In this document: one piece after another, positions 1 to 12,200 of the stretch | Numbering within the stretch: the first letter of the stretch is position 1 | Layout of the letters: the number at the start of each line of letters is the position of its first letter | From: Choristocarpus tenellus KU-1152 | Lineage: Eukaryota > Protista > Phaeophyceae | Reading direction: 5' to 3' | Assembly (NCBI GenBank): GCA_964200185.2 | Contig: CAXNAD020000026.1 | Location: 1 to 44,106 of the forward strand | DNA: 44,106 bases | The notes under the pieces: generated by a model | The model's input: only the letters and a program-made list of their open reading frames with translations | The model's database searches: none | Told to the model about the DNA's origin: nothing | Position numbers and translations under genes: made by a program

Positions 1-2200
1 CAGATGTCACATACAAGGCCACATAAATGCCACACGAGTACCTGGGCGGCGAGACACCATGCGAGCGCCTGACTAGCAAGCCATTCAACTTCAAGCGGCT
101 TTGTGTGTTCGAGATGGAGTGCGAAGTAGGTGATCCTCGCCGGGCAAGACAGGGCAGGGCGTCACTGTGCTGGCACGTGTGGATCCCGCAGGAAGGTAAA
201 CTGATGACCTCCGCACAAGTGAAATTCCACCCTAAAGCCAAACTGCTGCAATCGGTGGGGAAGCTAGAGCTAGACACACTGGGGGGGGAAGTGAGATCGC
301 GACGACGCCATGAATATCGATGGCGGAGGCGAAGAGGAGTCGTTCGCAACAGGGGACGAGGCACACACGACTGGACATGCGAGCGGGAGCACTAGGTGTG
401 GGATCAAGACGCAAAGCGCTCAGCACCCCACCAAGGTCAACAGATTTCTCCCAGGATGGGACAATGCCAGCGCATGGATAGGGCAGCGCCTGGCCCACAC
501 TCTGGATAGTGGGCACCCCACCAAGGTCAACAGATTTCTCCCAGGATGGGACAATGCCAGCGCATGGATAGGGCAGCGCCTGGCCCACACTCTGGATAGT
601 GGGCATCTTCCCGGCTGGAGCAGCACCAGCGGGTGGACTATACATCCCGGCTGTACGACCTGGAGGAGGGTGAAGAAACGGACATGAACCACTTCATGTC
701 AACCCCCATACAGCAGAACATCAACGACGTACTGCCTTATGGGTCTCATGGGGGAGGTGGCAACAGGTGCAGACGAGCCGTCTTCAACAAAGGAGGCCAT
801 GAGGAGGCTGGATACAGAGCAGCGGTAGGAGGCCATGGAGAGGGAAATGACAGGGCTACGACAGAAGTGGACGTTTGGTGAAGAGGCCCTGCCCCAAGGG
901 AGGAAGGTGATCAAGACGCAATTCATCTTCAAAATCAAGCGCTGCGCGGGCGGGACATTGGAACGCCGTAGCTCGCGATTCGTGGGCCGCTGCTTCACAC
1001 AAAACGCAGGTGTGGACTTCTTCGAAATCTTCAGCCCGGTGGTGGGGTACGACACACTACGGAGTGTCATTTCTATTGCAGTGTACAGAGGCTGGAACAT
1101 TGACGCCCTGGACTTCACACAGGCCTACCTCAATGCAGACGTGCAGGAGAACGTCTGACTGGAGCTTCCGGACGGTCGCACCGTCAAGGCAGAGAAAGCA
1201 ATCCATGGGCTGAAGCAGTCAGCCATGGAATGGTATCACCAGCTACACGGCACCATCCTGACTGAAAAGTGGACGAGCAGTCAGCACGATGAGTGCCTCT
1301 ACTTCAGGAAGAGTGAAGACGGACGCATCACCATCCTCACCACCTAAGTGGACAACACTGCCACCACCGCGGACTTCACGGAGGAGATCCAGTGGATGAG
1401 GACATCACTGCTGGAGAAGTACGAGGGGAGGGACTTTGTCACACAGGACAAGCTAATTGGGGTGGGTATCACTGTGGGTGTTGACGGCATCACCCTCGAC
1501 CAACAGCTCTACGTGGAGAGCATCGTCATATCTGGGATGGACTCCACGAAAGTGCGGGACATATCTAGACCACTGGACCCCGGCATGGACCTCTCTGCCA
1601 GGCATGACAACGAGGAGGAGCTGAATCCCACCATCTACCCCTATCTCAGCATCCTCGGCCAACTCATGTTTGTAGCAAGCATGACTCGCCCGGACCTGAC
1701 CAACAGCGTTCGTGTACTGGGGCGCAGGGCGGCGTCTCCATGCATGCGGGACTGGTGCGGACTGCAACACGTTCTGCGCTATATGGCAGGGACACTGGAC
1801 GTCTACATTAATTATGGTCGGGGACTGGAGATATGGAGGGAGGGGACAGAGAGCTCTTGGTGGGATATGGGGATTCCAACTGGGTCACCGACTCCCAAAG
1901 ACACAGGTGTGTCACGGGCTACCTACTGCTATCGAACGGATCGCTGATCGCCTGGCGCTCTAACCTTTAAGGCACTGTCAACCTCTCCACTGTAGGACCA
2001 GACTCCCTGGTTCTGTGACAACCACGGTGCTATCCAGGCGGGCAGCATCACAGGTTTCAACGGGAGAACCAAGCACGTGGACATGAAACTGAAGTGCAGC
2101 AGAGAATACGTGGATCAGAGTGTGTTCCACGTACGATACGTTCCTACATCAAAATAGCTGGCCGACATTGTGACTAAGTCTTTGAACAAGAACCTTCTGA
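1..2200 (+). mobile_element. Degenerate Ty1/copia LTR retrotransposon pol, 3' half (integrase C-terminus, RT, RNase H); 5' part lies outside the window
   Basis: Copia motifs in IN-RT-RH order: GETPCERLTSKP (IN C-terminus), AMEREM, QNAGVDFFEIFSPVV, LDFTQAYLNA, KAIHGLKQS, TRPDL, CDNHGAI, RTKHVD, LADIVTKSL. The RT YVDD motif is destroyed (TAA-GTG-GAC-AAC, *VDN, 1345-1356). In-frame stops at about 1156, 1345 and 2155, plus frameshifts. Confidence 0.95.
423..602 (+). repeat. Perfect 2 x 90-bp in-frame tandem duplication in the copia IN-RT linker
   Basis: 423-512 and 513-602 are identical; each encodes HPTKVNRFLPGWDNASAWIGQRLAHTLDSG. Confidence 0.95.
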
Positions 2201-2263
2201 TTTTTTGCATTCCGTGCTTTCGCATCGTGGGTGAGCTTTTGTCAGCAACTTTGCCGCACGCTC

Positions 2264-2272
2264 ATGGGGGAG
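2264..2272 (+). other. Polypurine tract (PPT) of the copia element
   Basis: ATGGGGGAG immediately precedes the TG start of the LTR at 2273. Confidence 0.75.
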
Positions 2273-2652
2273 TGTGCAATATAGGCTTGTAAGTCTTTAG
2301 ATTCTTCTTAAAGTTTTTTTATAGCGAGTAGAATGTAACAAAGCTGTTGGCTGAGAGGCTTAATTGTCAATCACCTACCTCTGCACGGCCGGAGTCATGA
2401 GTTGAGTAGTCTCAATGGGCTCGTTCGTTTCTCTTTGGTTTGCTACAAGGGTTGATGCAGCTACAACTGACGCAGAACGGCTGATGCGGTGCGACCAACA
2501 CGGACACGTTCTGACATGTCTGCTGACGTGCGCAGGAGGTAGTAAGGCAGGGCACCCCCCCACCCCCCGAGGGATGGTGCTCACTCCACTAAATAATTTA
2601 TTCATCCATACCACACAAAGCAAAAACTCTATTCAAACAGCTCTTTTGCACA
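2273..2652 (+). mobile_element. 3' LTR of the copia element (380 bp)
   Basis: Begins TGTGCAA right after the PPT and ends TTGCACA (7-bp terminal inverted repeat). Homologous end to end with the inverted solo LTR at 2966-3346. Right flank is GTATC. Confidence 0.9.
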
Positions 2653-2965
2653 GTATCCACACTGCGGTTCTATTCTTATTCGCAGATAGACATCACAACC
2701 GAGTTCAAGCACACTCACTATTCATGACTGCAAAACCAAGCACAGCTTGAAATGTCTCTGACTAGTCTGTAGGGATGAGGAATATGATGTGTTGATTACT
2801 TGACGGGTTTTGATGAGGATGAGAGTAGCTGGGAGGGAAGCCTGTATCGAAGATTCAGAAAGCTGAGCCTACTTTCCTCCTCAAATAGTTAGGTGAGATG
2901 AAGATACAGGCTGATATTTTTGATGCTCTACGGCATAGGTATGTTGGATACTTTTTTCTGATACG

Positions 2966-3346
2966 TGTGCAAAAAGAGCTGTTCGAATAGAGTTTTTGCT
3001 TTATGTGGTATGAATGAATTTATAAGCGGAGTGAACACCATCCATCGAGGTTGGGGGAGCTCTGCCTCGTTATCTATTGCGCACATCAGCAGACGCGTCA
3101 GAACGTTTCTGTGTTTCAGTCTCACTACATCACTCGTTCTGCGTCACTACTACAATGTCAGACGTTCTGCGTCAGCCACTTTACCTTCAGCAATAAAAAA
3201 TCATGCCATTTAGATTCGTACCTATTACTCTGGGTGTATGGAAATAAGTCAATGACAATTAAGCCACTCAGTCAACAATTCCGTTACATGATACTACTTA
3301 CCAAAAAAGACATAAGAACCTATAGACTACCACCCTCTATTGCACA
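2966..3346 (-). mobile_element. Solo LTR (381 bp) of the same copia family, inverted
   Basis: TGTGCAA...TTGCACA termini and a perfect 5-bp TSD ATACG at 2961-2965 and 3347-3351. The reverse complement aligns with 2273-2652, e.g. the shared blocks GGCTTAATTGTCA and AAAGCAAAAACTCTATTC. Confidence 0.92.
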
Positions 3347-3599
3347 ATACGTTGATTAATCGAGCTTGCTTCTCTATTTGGTAGGTGGTCTGGGCTCTGA
3401 GAATGTTGTGGACAGGTCATGCTGTGGGCGCAGTGTGGTAGGAGTCGTATTGTGCTGGTGGACTTGGTACTGTCAAATACCTATTTTAAAGGGGGAACAA
3501 TAGTGCTGACTGGGAGAAGCTGTTCAACAGTACTACAATATATTTTACGTAGTGATCCCCAACCCATGCCTAGCACCTCCCCTACATCCACTAACGCCA

Positions 3600-4330
3600 T
3601 GTGTATTCATCCTTCTATTGGTGCGTTTTGATCTTCTTTTGAGCTGCCATCTATTAATAGCTCGTTTGAGGAACTTATTCTGTGGTGTCAGCCCTAAAGA
3701 CAACCTCTCAAAATATTTGGCAAGTGTTACTAGTATTAGGACACCCATTGAAAGAACAAGGAGCCAGTTCCAAAGCTTGATATTATTTTTCCTGTCCACA
3801 AAAGCATGCACACAGCAGCAAGGTGATGTACACCTTGACCAGCTTGTACAAGTTCAACTCAAGCTTTCCATCACAGACTGAAAGCTCACAAGTCACAAAC
3901 AATTTTACCAATTCATCATTGTTGCGCTTGCAATCCTTCTCCTCTTGTTAACTGCCCTTTTCCTCTGTTTAGTCAAGCTCTTCTAGATTCTCCTTCTACA
4001 CCTGCTGTACTCCATATGATCAGACTCGGGCGTTGGGTAGTGTGGATTCTAATGGCATGCAAGAAGAGCTTGTGAACATCACCCTATTGTAGCATCCTGC
4101 ATGACAAGCATGCCTCATCCCACTCAACAAGGAGTGTTTTTCTCAGTTGACCAATGGTGGAAACCCTGAGTGCTCTCTAGTATAGTGTAGTGATCAGCAA
4201 TGCTACAAGGTTTTCCTAAATTCACTCACATCTTTATCCAATGTTGGAAAACCCTGGGCTCAAATATGGAAATTTCAGTGAGGATCTTCACGTCACCCAA
4301 CAGATTGGGGAGTACTTTCTTGAGGTATGT
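3600..4330 (-). mobile_element. Probable Crypton-type (tyrosine recombinase, DUF3504-like) transposon relic
   Basis: Frameshifted peptides read in Crypton order: LRVSTIGQLRKTLL; DHMEYSRCRRRI*KSLTKQRKRAVNKRRRIAS; NDELVKLFVTCELS...VKVYITLLLCACFCGQE; KN-YQAL; GCP...VTLAKYFERLSLGLTPQNKFLKRA. This resembles the pattern EE..LF.S/V+..L..RG.E/SKN.QG/CPV..L..Y..FF.R. Matched by eye only. Confidence 0.4.
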
Positions 4331-4508
4331 CAGTCAACTGTTTTATAACAATGATCCCCATGCATGATTTCAGCTCAACTGGTTATGACACATTTGACCC
4401 CTGAATGTTGATGGATGCAGGACCACAGCAATGTGTCAGATGCCAGACCAAGGAGAGCAAAAGTTAATGTGTGAAAATGCAACAGGCATAACCAACATAG
4501 AGAAACAG

Positions 4509-4550
4509 CCAACAGCAAACAGCAAACAGCAAACAGCAAACAGCAAACAA
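4509..4550. repeat. (AACAGCA)n 7-mer microsatellite
   Basis: About five and a half tandem units. Confidence 0.9.
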
Positions 4551-4847
4551 CCCACAATCCAACATGCTTTTCGCTGTGCCTTAATATTCCAACAAATGTG
4601 GACATGCCCAGACTACAAATGTATGGAAACCAAAACTTCAGGAGCTGGTACGTTTCACATCTTTGTCCAACCACATGAGGATCACCCATTGAAGAAGATT
4701 GTATCAGCTATAACGTTCTCCTGTTCATCCGTTGCTTGTTTGGAACTTTGTATAGCTTCACTGCTCAGTCCACTTCCACCTCCACTACCATATCTACAGC
4801 CCCCTGTGAACATGGTGAAACCCACTAGCCTGCCTTTTCACTACATC

Positions 4848-4937
4848 TTTCATTTTTCTTTCCCCTTCTGTGTGTTGGTGTCATCACAAAAATTTCACTT
4901 TTCTTTCCCCTTCTGTGTGTTGGTATCATCACAAAAA
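4848..4937. repeat. 2 x 45-bp tandem duplication
   Basis: 4848-4892 vs 4893-4937, two mismatches. Confidence 0.9.
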
Positions 4938-6429
4938 GATTTATTCAAGTCAGAGGTCTGCTTTGTCCATCATCTCTAGTACCGGGTGCTGCACCCACCT
5001 CCACAACGGAGGTATGTACTCCAGACAGTTTAGCATCTCTATCTAGTATTGGGGCCAGGAAGCTGGCCGTTACCTGAACTCAACACAGAGTCAGTCCACT
5101 CTCTATCTACCCTCTACATGGTTCCTCTTCCAAGTACAGTGTTAAGCCCACCACAACATGTGTCGAATCATCTCACATATGCAGCTTTGCACAAAAAGGT
5201 CAATCAAATATTGCGTTATCCCATATTCATCTCATACAAAAAAGCAAGCTGCCATTCAACAGGGAGTAGAGGCACCTACCACCCCCATGCTGCAGGCTCC
5301 TGTGTCTGTTGACTTAGACTTACCTTCGGTGTATTATGTATGACCCTGGTTGGTTCTGGGTTCTGAGTTATTGTCCTGGCCACTAACTACATGGTACCTC
5401 CAACCACCACCTACGAGTCCTCAGTTTCAATAATTTCTGATAAGAAAAGACAAAATTGGGAGACAAACATGTTTCTGTGGGTGGTATTGCCACTAACATA
5501 AACACCTAAGATCTCCAATTTAGCCTCAAAATCGTCGAGCAGCATTTTTTCCCTATACTTCATTCTGTGATGGGTGGGTGGGTACATGTGGCTGTCACCT
5601 TTTCACATTGGAGCCCATTCAAACAAGATGTTAGTTTTATTTTCAAATTTCAACTAACTACTAAGTCAAGGAGGAAGGTATGGCAACACAGACAGGTAGG
5701 TAGAAGGGACTGGGTGCAGTAAGGCTATAGTTAAAGATGTTCACCCCTATACCTCAGTGATTTCTTATCTTGAGATAAATATTTGTTCATAATATTTAAT
5801 ATTTGGAAGTATTTATTATCAAGTGGTGGTTCCTCTACCCCTATATCACAAAAACCACAACACACCTCATCTTCTATGCAAAATATGGACATGGTAATAG
5901 CCTCTGTCAAGTAACGAATTACACACATTTTGGAGTGATTAGAGGGGTGGAGAACCAGAGTCCAGGGGACAGTAAATTGCAATGGGAGCAATATTGATAA
6001 TGACAATAGTAACAGTAACTACAATGGTAACCCAACATCACATTTTTTGCCTGGCCCAGGTCAACAAGTTTTGTCCAACAAGTGAGTTAAGCATAGCAGC
6101 CAGTCTGGCAAACTGCCTAGTCTTGTGTATACTCAGTGTGTTGTGTCTGCAGCAAGGCAGACTAAAAAATAATATATGGTACGAGATTTTCACCTTGCAA
6201 CCAAAACTAGGCACATGATCAATCTCTGCATCAGCACCTTTCCACCTACATATGCCATGTTTTTGATACATTCAGGTATCATCAAATGGTACTTCTGAGT
6301 GTGAACGATAAGATGAAGGACAACATCAAGTCTACAACTTTCAAATAGATCCTACAACGGTTCTCTAAGTTTAATTCTGCACTGTTCCTGCCACTTTGAT
6401 CCTAGAAGAAATATCCAGCAGGGTGCACC

Positions 6430-7497
6430 ATGGCATCTGACCTGGAGCTGCAGGGAGACCTGCTCAATGATCCACTTGATGTATACGCGGAAGCAGATTG
6501 TGCAGCTTCATGTCCAGATCCCGATATATCTAGCATTGTCCCTTTATATTCTCTCTCCAGCTCTGACCAAGAGAAGGAACTGTACAGATTGGAGCAGGTT
6601 CATTTGTTGTGGTTTGCGAAGGAAGGCATTGAGTGTGGGCATCATCAGAATGTGTTCAAGGTTCTTCCCAAATATTCAAGTTTGGATGTCTTGAGACAGG
6701 AGCTCACGAAAACAGTGCTTGTAGGAAGATGGAGAGTTTGGTCTCAAGCTATGGAAAAGAAAAGGCTACCCTGAAAACTGATGAGGTAGACAAGGTATTG
6801 CAGGTTGCTCAATTGCCATTACTAGCCATTTTTGCCATATTACTGTAACTTTGAATTTGACGGCACAATTTGTCGGCAGAGAAACGTTTCAAGTGTCTCC
6901 CTGATAGAAATTTGCAACACAGTATATAAGCTGATACAGGTGAGTGGAGTGCCTAATGTACTTGAGTTTCAACATAGAGTCGCACCTCATTACAGAGGTT
7001 GCAAAGTTTGGCAAGGAGGTATCTTGGAGGAACTGAGACCAATTCAGAGCAACTACCTGACGAACGTTCTTTGGTAATATATTTGTCAACTGCTAATACA
7101 TTTCACATAGAGGAGTTTCAAACATGACAAAGAAAGAACACATATGTTTCATTCTTCAGTATCACACACATGACAGAATGTGTTACATGCTTTTCAATTT
7201 TTACATGTGTATGCTGACTGGCTTGCACAACAAATTCCATGTCTAACAAATTTCATTTTAAGTTTCAAACTTACAATAAATTCACAATTCATGTGTAAAG
7301 CACCCAGCTTGACCTGAATAACCTGGGAAGGTGTGACTCAAGTTGAGATATGACCAGACCTCGTTGAAATATTCCTCAAGTCAGCCTGGAATATTGAAGT
7401 CATTGAAGACTATGACCTGGGTCTGTTCAATGTATTTCCCTGAGTCGGCTTGCTGGCCCGACCCCAATAAAATCCCCAAGATTCCGATCCAGCCCTG
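6430..7497 (+). mobile_element. Probable hAT transposon relic: transposase C-terminal/dimerisation region plus 3' end
   Basis: Broken peptides LALSLYILSP, MCSRFFPN, FG...SSYGKEKATL...LQVAQLPLLAIFAILL, CRQRNVSSVSLIE resemble the hAT pattern AY.LNP / WW.SYG...L..LA..+L / AERN.S...I. Downstream are repeated GACCTG/GACCT subterminal motifs and the terminus ...GATCCAGCCCTG (reverse complement CAGGGCTG) at 7497. No 8-bp TSD found. Confidence 0.5.
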
Positions 7498-8004
7498 CTA
7501 ACAATATATTTTTTAAGTTGGCTCCTGCCCCAACCTCAACAAAATCCTAAAGGACCTGGTATGATCCCATTAGCAACATTATCACAGGTTCAGCTTGCAG
7601 TCTGCCATAAACTCGTGTGATTATGCCCTGCAAGTGGAGCATCCAAAGCTGACTGGCGAGCCAGGGTGTGTAGTTTACACATTCAACAATCAGTACCTGA
7701 ACAAACTTCTCCCTACTAAATCACTGGCATGTATGTAGATTATGGTTGATGTCACAATAATATACTCACAAGGTACAAACCAACCCAACCTCTTTATCCA
7801 TTTCATGACTGCAGCCCAAAGGCTAGGTAAGCACCATACTACATGTCTACAGAGAAAATGGAAAGGCTTCTCCAGACCATATATGTATCATGAAAGTTGC
7901 AGGTAAAAAAACTCTGGCTTTACAGGAAAAAAAAAACTTTCCTAGCTTCTAGTTGTTTCATCTTTTCCAAAGAAACAAAACAGGAAAATAATCAGGGTCT
8001 TGCA

Positions 8005-8542
8005 TAGGGCTGGGAAACGTGAAGGGTCCGCAATCCGTTCTATGGATTATGTGGGTCTTCATAAATCTGAAAGGTTCTGTCCAGCAGGGCCTTCAACTAT
8101 TTATGTTCAGTCCAATCTTGTGCCAGCCTGTAACCATGTTAACTCGACCTGGCTACTACACAGAAAATATATCAGTTGCAGCAGAACCACCTACTTCCAT
8201 AGGGCTTACTCAATCAAAATTCCTAGTCAGTGACACTTGATCATTCAAAATCTTGTTTCAATAATCCTCAAGACCTTACTAAATGTTACATATTTTTCAA
8301 GTTTTCTACTGGGCCTATGTAAATATTTCTGAAATTTCCAGTCCCGAGTCATCAACAATTTCTGCAGTCCAGTTTAGAGTTCAGTCTGGTTCTGAAATTC
8401 TGATAGTTCCAATTCAGGGCTGTCAGATATTGTACAGCACTGTTGGTGGGTCAGCCGTTGACCCCCTGACCTGGACCAGACTCCAGACCTATTACCTGCC
8501 TGCCCGATGAAAGACCTTGGAAAATATGGGTTTTCAACCCCA
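8005..8542. mobile_element. Possible non-autonomous hAT-like element
   Basis: Imperfect TIRs: TAGGGCTGGGAAAC vs reverse complement TGGGGTTGAAAAC. Several internal GACCT motifs as in the neighbouring hAT end. Flanks match only 4/8 (GTCTTGCA vs GTCACTTA). Confidence 0.35.
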
Positions 8543-8620
8543 GTCACTTAGTGGACAAAAGTTATTCCACTTCTGCCACCTTTCTATCCACTGCGTCTTC
8601 TAGTTATCTGTGACTCTATA

Positions 8621-8844
8621 CAAGTGCTGGCACAAAAACATCGTGTTATAGAGTAGTATCTACAATGTTAAAATATCATGAGTACAAACCCTTCCAAAAC
8701 CTCTTCCAGACACATAACGATCTTCGTCGAACAACCATAGCTCAAAAAAAAAAAAGTGTGGGGGGGGAGGTTACATTCTGACCACCCTCTGTTCAATAAA
8801 TTCACTCTAGAATGAATCCAGGGACAGGTGTGACAGATCACTTG
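8621..8844. mobile_element. Possible Tc1/mariner-type MITE
   Basis: TA|CAAGTG...CACTTG|TA. A perfect 10-bp inverted repeat TATACAAGTG (8617-8626 / 8839-8848) extends imperfectly inward. Confidence 0.3.
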
Positions 8845-9293
8845 TATACTTTCCCACACCCGTACAATAGTGAAGACAAATGCTTTGTAACTGGGACAAA
8901 TGAGGGCCCAAAGAAGATTGAAAAATAGTCTTTATTAAAAATATGAAAAGACTTCACTCAAGGAGAAGGGAGCATAGAGCTTTAGTATACCGAATCATGG
9001 CATCAAATAGTGGACTCGTCATTTCACTTCACTCGACTTCACTATTCTCATCTCTCCCAAAGGAGGACAATGTTTGCAAAGTAGAGACAAACACCCTTGT
9101 GAAAAGATACTAAAAAGACAAGTCGGTCCAGACTGCCCTTGTCATTTACATGGAAAGATTGCTGCATGACTATTCTGTGGATCTTGAGAATGTGTTGTTC
9201 TAACTCAGCAACTCACCACAAAAGTCAACTAACTCTAAGATGCATGAGGGTGCAGAGGTGTGCATTCACACAAGGATCTAACAAGCAAGATAT

Positions 9294-12200
9294 TCAGTTT
9301 TCAGCATACTTCTTGATTTCCTCCCACAATGCAGCTGTTGAAACAAGATCCTTGCTGAAGGCTGGAGGACGGCGCCAAGCCTTGTTTATTATATCCTTGA
9401 AGCGCTCATGGTAAAGGAGCAACTGGGTGAGCACCTGATCAACAAAATGAGATTTAAGAATGATGTTACGACAGTTGTGGTACATGCTAGATACATTATG
9501 GTTAACAGACAAGAGGAGAAAGGATTAGTACTATTTAAGTGGCAACTTCAGTCATCATTTCACCACCTCCAAGTGTAATTCTAAGTAGCCCAGCATATCT
9601 ATTTGTTAGACACTCAACAAAGATGTTGCAGCCATGACCTCAGAATTGTAGTCCAATGCGATTTCCCAAGACAGAACAAATTGTCAGTTCACTCATTTTT
9701 TGGGCTGGGTGCATCATTTACACGGCAGTAGTTGTGATACATTAAACCTTAATCAAGTAGATGTATATTGAGTTGAAACTTCATTTGTTTGACCTATGAT
9801 GTTTTCTACTGGGGCATCAGTCAAGTCAATGTGTCACGATGCATTGTTGGTGCTGAAGTTCTTATGCTCATGACTTGAACAAGATTGGTAGGCTGGTGAC
9901 TTAGTCCCGAGAACATCAGGAAAACATCTCACATCTCACAAAAACATCCTAGCTCTGATCACAACCTGGTTCTCCAAAGGTTTGACAAAAATTTTAGGCG
10001 TTTCTCAGAGTGAGAAAACACTTATTTCAGACCTTGGAACCTTACGAATAGGCGAGGTGTGTTCCCTGTACAGACACTAAATGTACTACTCCTTGTTTAA
10101 AGTTAGCTAGCACAAATTATATGCATCTATTGCATAGACCCCTTACTGATCTGTATTTTGTGGTGTAGATAAAATTGATCCATCAGTGTTTATACTCAGC
10201 TCAGCTCAAACAATTTGACTAACACGGTTTGAATCCAAGCGCGTGTAGCGTGTAAGGCAAGGTGATCGTGAAATTCACTAAGTGCTACAACAAGGTTCAA
10301 AGTGCACCAATTGCATAGTGTGCACTTGGATCACAAATTATTGAAATAGTGGGGAGGTTTTTATTGTGACTCATACGTTCTTTGATCAAAAACAAATCCA
10401 CTTGTTTAAATCACTGTAATTCACTGCACAAAACATTTTCTTACCAGAAATCTGCAGTTAGAGTATCATCAATAAACATTCTGTAGAGCAATTTGTATTT
10501 GTATGTACCACATCCACACTGTCCTGGCAGTGGTTAAGTGCTTCAACAAGACGTGAACGATGGAAAATCAAGCAAAGGTCTTGAACATGGTCAGATTTGC
10601 CAATCAAACGACCAAAGACACCACATTATGAGGTAAAACTCGTATCACACCAAACAATTTTTTCTCCAAGATATAAAATCAACACAAGTTTGTGATTAGT
10701 ATAAATCCTGCTAAAATTGCTGTGCTTCAAAGACCTCATACTGTGAAACAGGTAATACACATACGGAAATAATAAATTAACTTCAAAGTGCAACACACAA
10801 GTTCAATGAATTTGTTTCTAGTCTCCTTACAAATACTCACAAACACAGATGGAAGGTCATGGTAAACCTAAAATCTTTGGGACAAAATTATTTCAAGCTG
10901 AAACTGGCTCCAAAAAGTATGCCTATAGTGTGCCTAGCATCTCTCATTGGTATGGATGTATTTGAAGTAACGTAGATGCAAGAATATTAGGTTTTTCCAA
11001 CATGGAAAACTCTGAGGTTTCTTGAATTCCGGTTCCTCCTAAATGGTTCTGAATATCGCCATCAAATTTCAGAGCGATCAAAGATATCAACATATCATTG
11101 AATTTTCAAACTGCCTTCACACACCTAAAAGAACCCACAGCCAGTTGCTTGTACACAATTGACCCTTTTTGGTCCATCCAGGACAGCTTGGTACACAGTT
11201 CCAAAATTTTGAAGATCACTAACTTGTGTTCTTCACATACACATTTGAGATTTTTGAATACACATGTGCACAACCTACATACCTGTTTGAGGATCTCCAT
11301 GCGGTTTCGGACATTGCTGAAGTAAGTCAGCACATCTTGATGGATTGTATCCATGCTACTCTTCCAAGATGCCGCAAATTCACGAACTAGTCCCTCCACC
11401 ACCATCTCATCCAACTCACCTGTGCAGTAACCAAATAAAATAAAATGAATTTCACCAGACACTACCCTCTCAACATGTCAGCAACAGGTACAAGAAGAAA
11501 GCATGCACAAAAACCAATATACTTAGGATTTTGCTACAGAAATTATTACATCAACCTTTCTATATTGAGCCAAGTGTGAATGGTAGGGGATCAAAGGCCC
11601 CTTCTTAGTATTGATCCAAATCTTAAAATTTGAAGAGAAGGTTCTAACTTCCATCATACTATTAATTGGTGAAATAATGTTGATAACTTTCCCAATCACA
11701 GTTGGCAACTACACTTATCACAGGTATCCAATGCATCTCTAGATACTACCCACTTAAACTTGGTGGCATTTGGTACTCTGACTTGACTGCGCCTGAGGAG
11801 TGTGAGGGAGTCATCAATTTGTTCACTACAACTAAATCATCTTTGCATTGTATACCAGCTACTCCATGCGATGGAGCACAATGTGCAATAATAGATACTC
11901 AAATAACTAGTTGTCGCAATACTGGGATTTCCAGCTCAGCAGTTGAACAGTGCATGGATATGATACAAATGAACAATGATGTCCCAAAGTACCCTTGTAA
12001 ATTTCATCCACATGATCATGTCCTGCAAAATGAAAGCACAAGTAATCTGAAGAGGGAATCTAATTGCAGTAGAGCAACACATATGACACACATCACCATG
12101 TTTTACTGGACTCTCCCAAGTGCACTGTCATTCCCTATCGTATTTTCTAGTTTACCCACTACAAAAAATGCCGAGATGTGATCAGGACCACATGATGTTG

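Noticed and set aside
1156-1350. Programmed stop readthrough or alternative genetic code in the copia pol
   Set aside because: All three stop types plus frameshifts and a destroyed YVDD indicate decay; the host genes use the standard code.
2466-3146. Long-TIR MITE or foldback element suggested by the inverted repeat
   Set aside because: The arms are parts of two complete LTRs (PPT-adjacent, TG...CA ends, 5-bp TSD on the solo copy), not the TIRs of one element.
10190-10240. tRNA or tRNA-derived SINE (AGCTCAG ... GGTTTGAATCC; similar B-box-like motif at about 29270)
   Set aside because: A/B-box spacing is too short and no cloverleaf could be built.
10200-10430. Shared repeat family with 31300-31500
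   Set aside because: Patchy similarity by eye in AT-rich sequence; boundaries cannot be supported without alignment.
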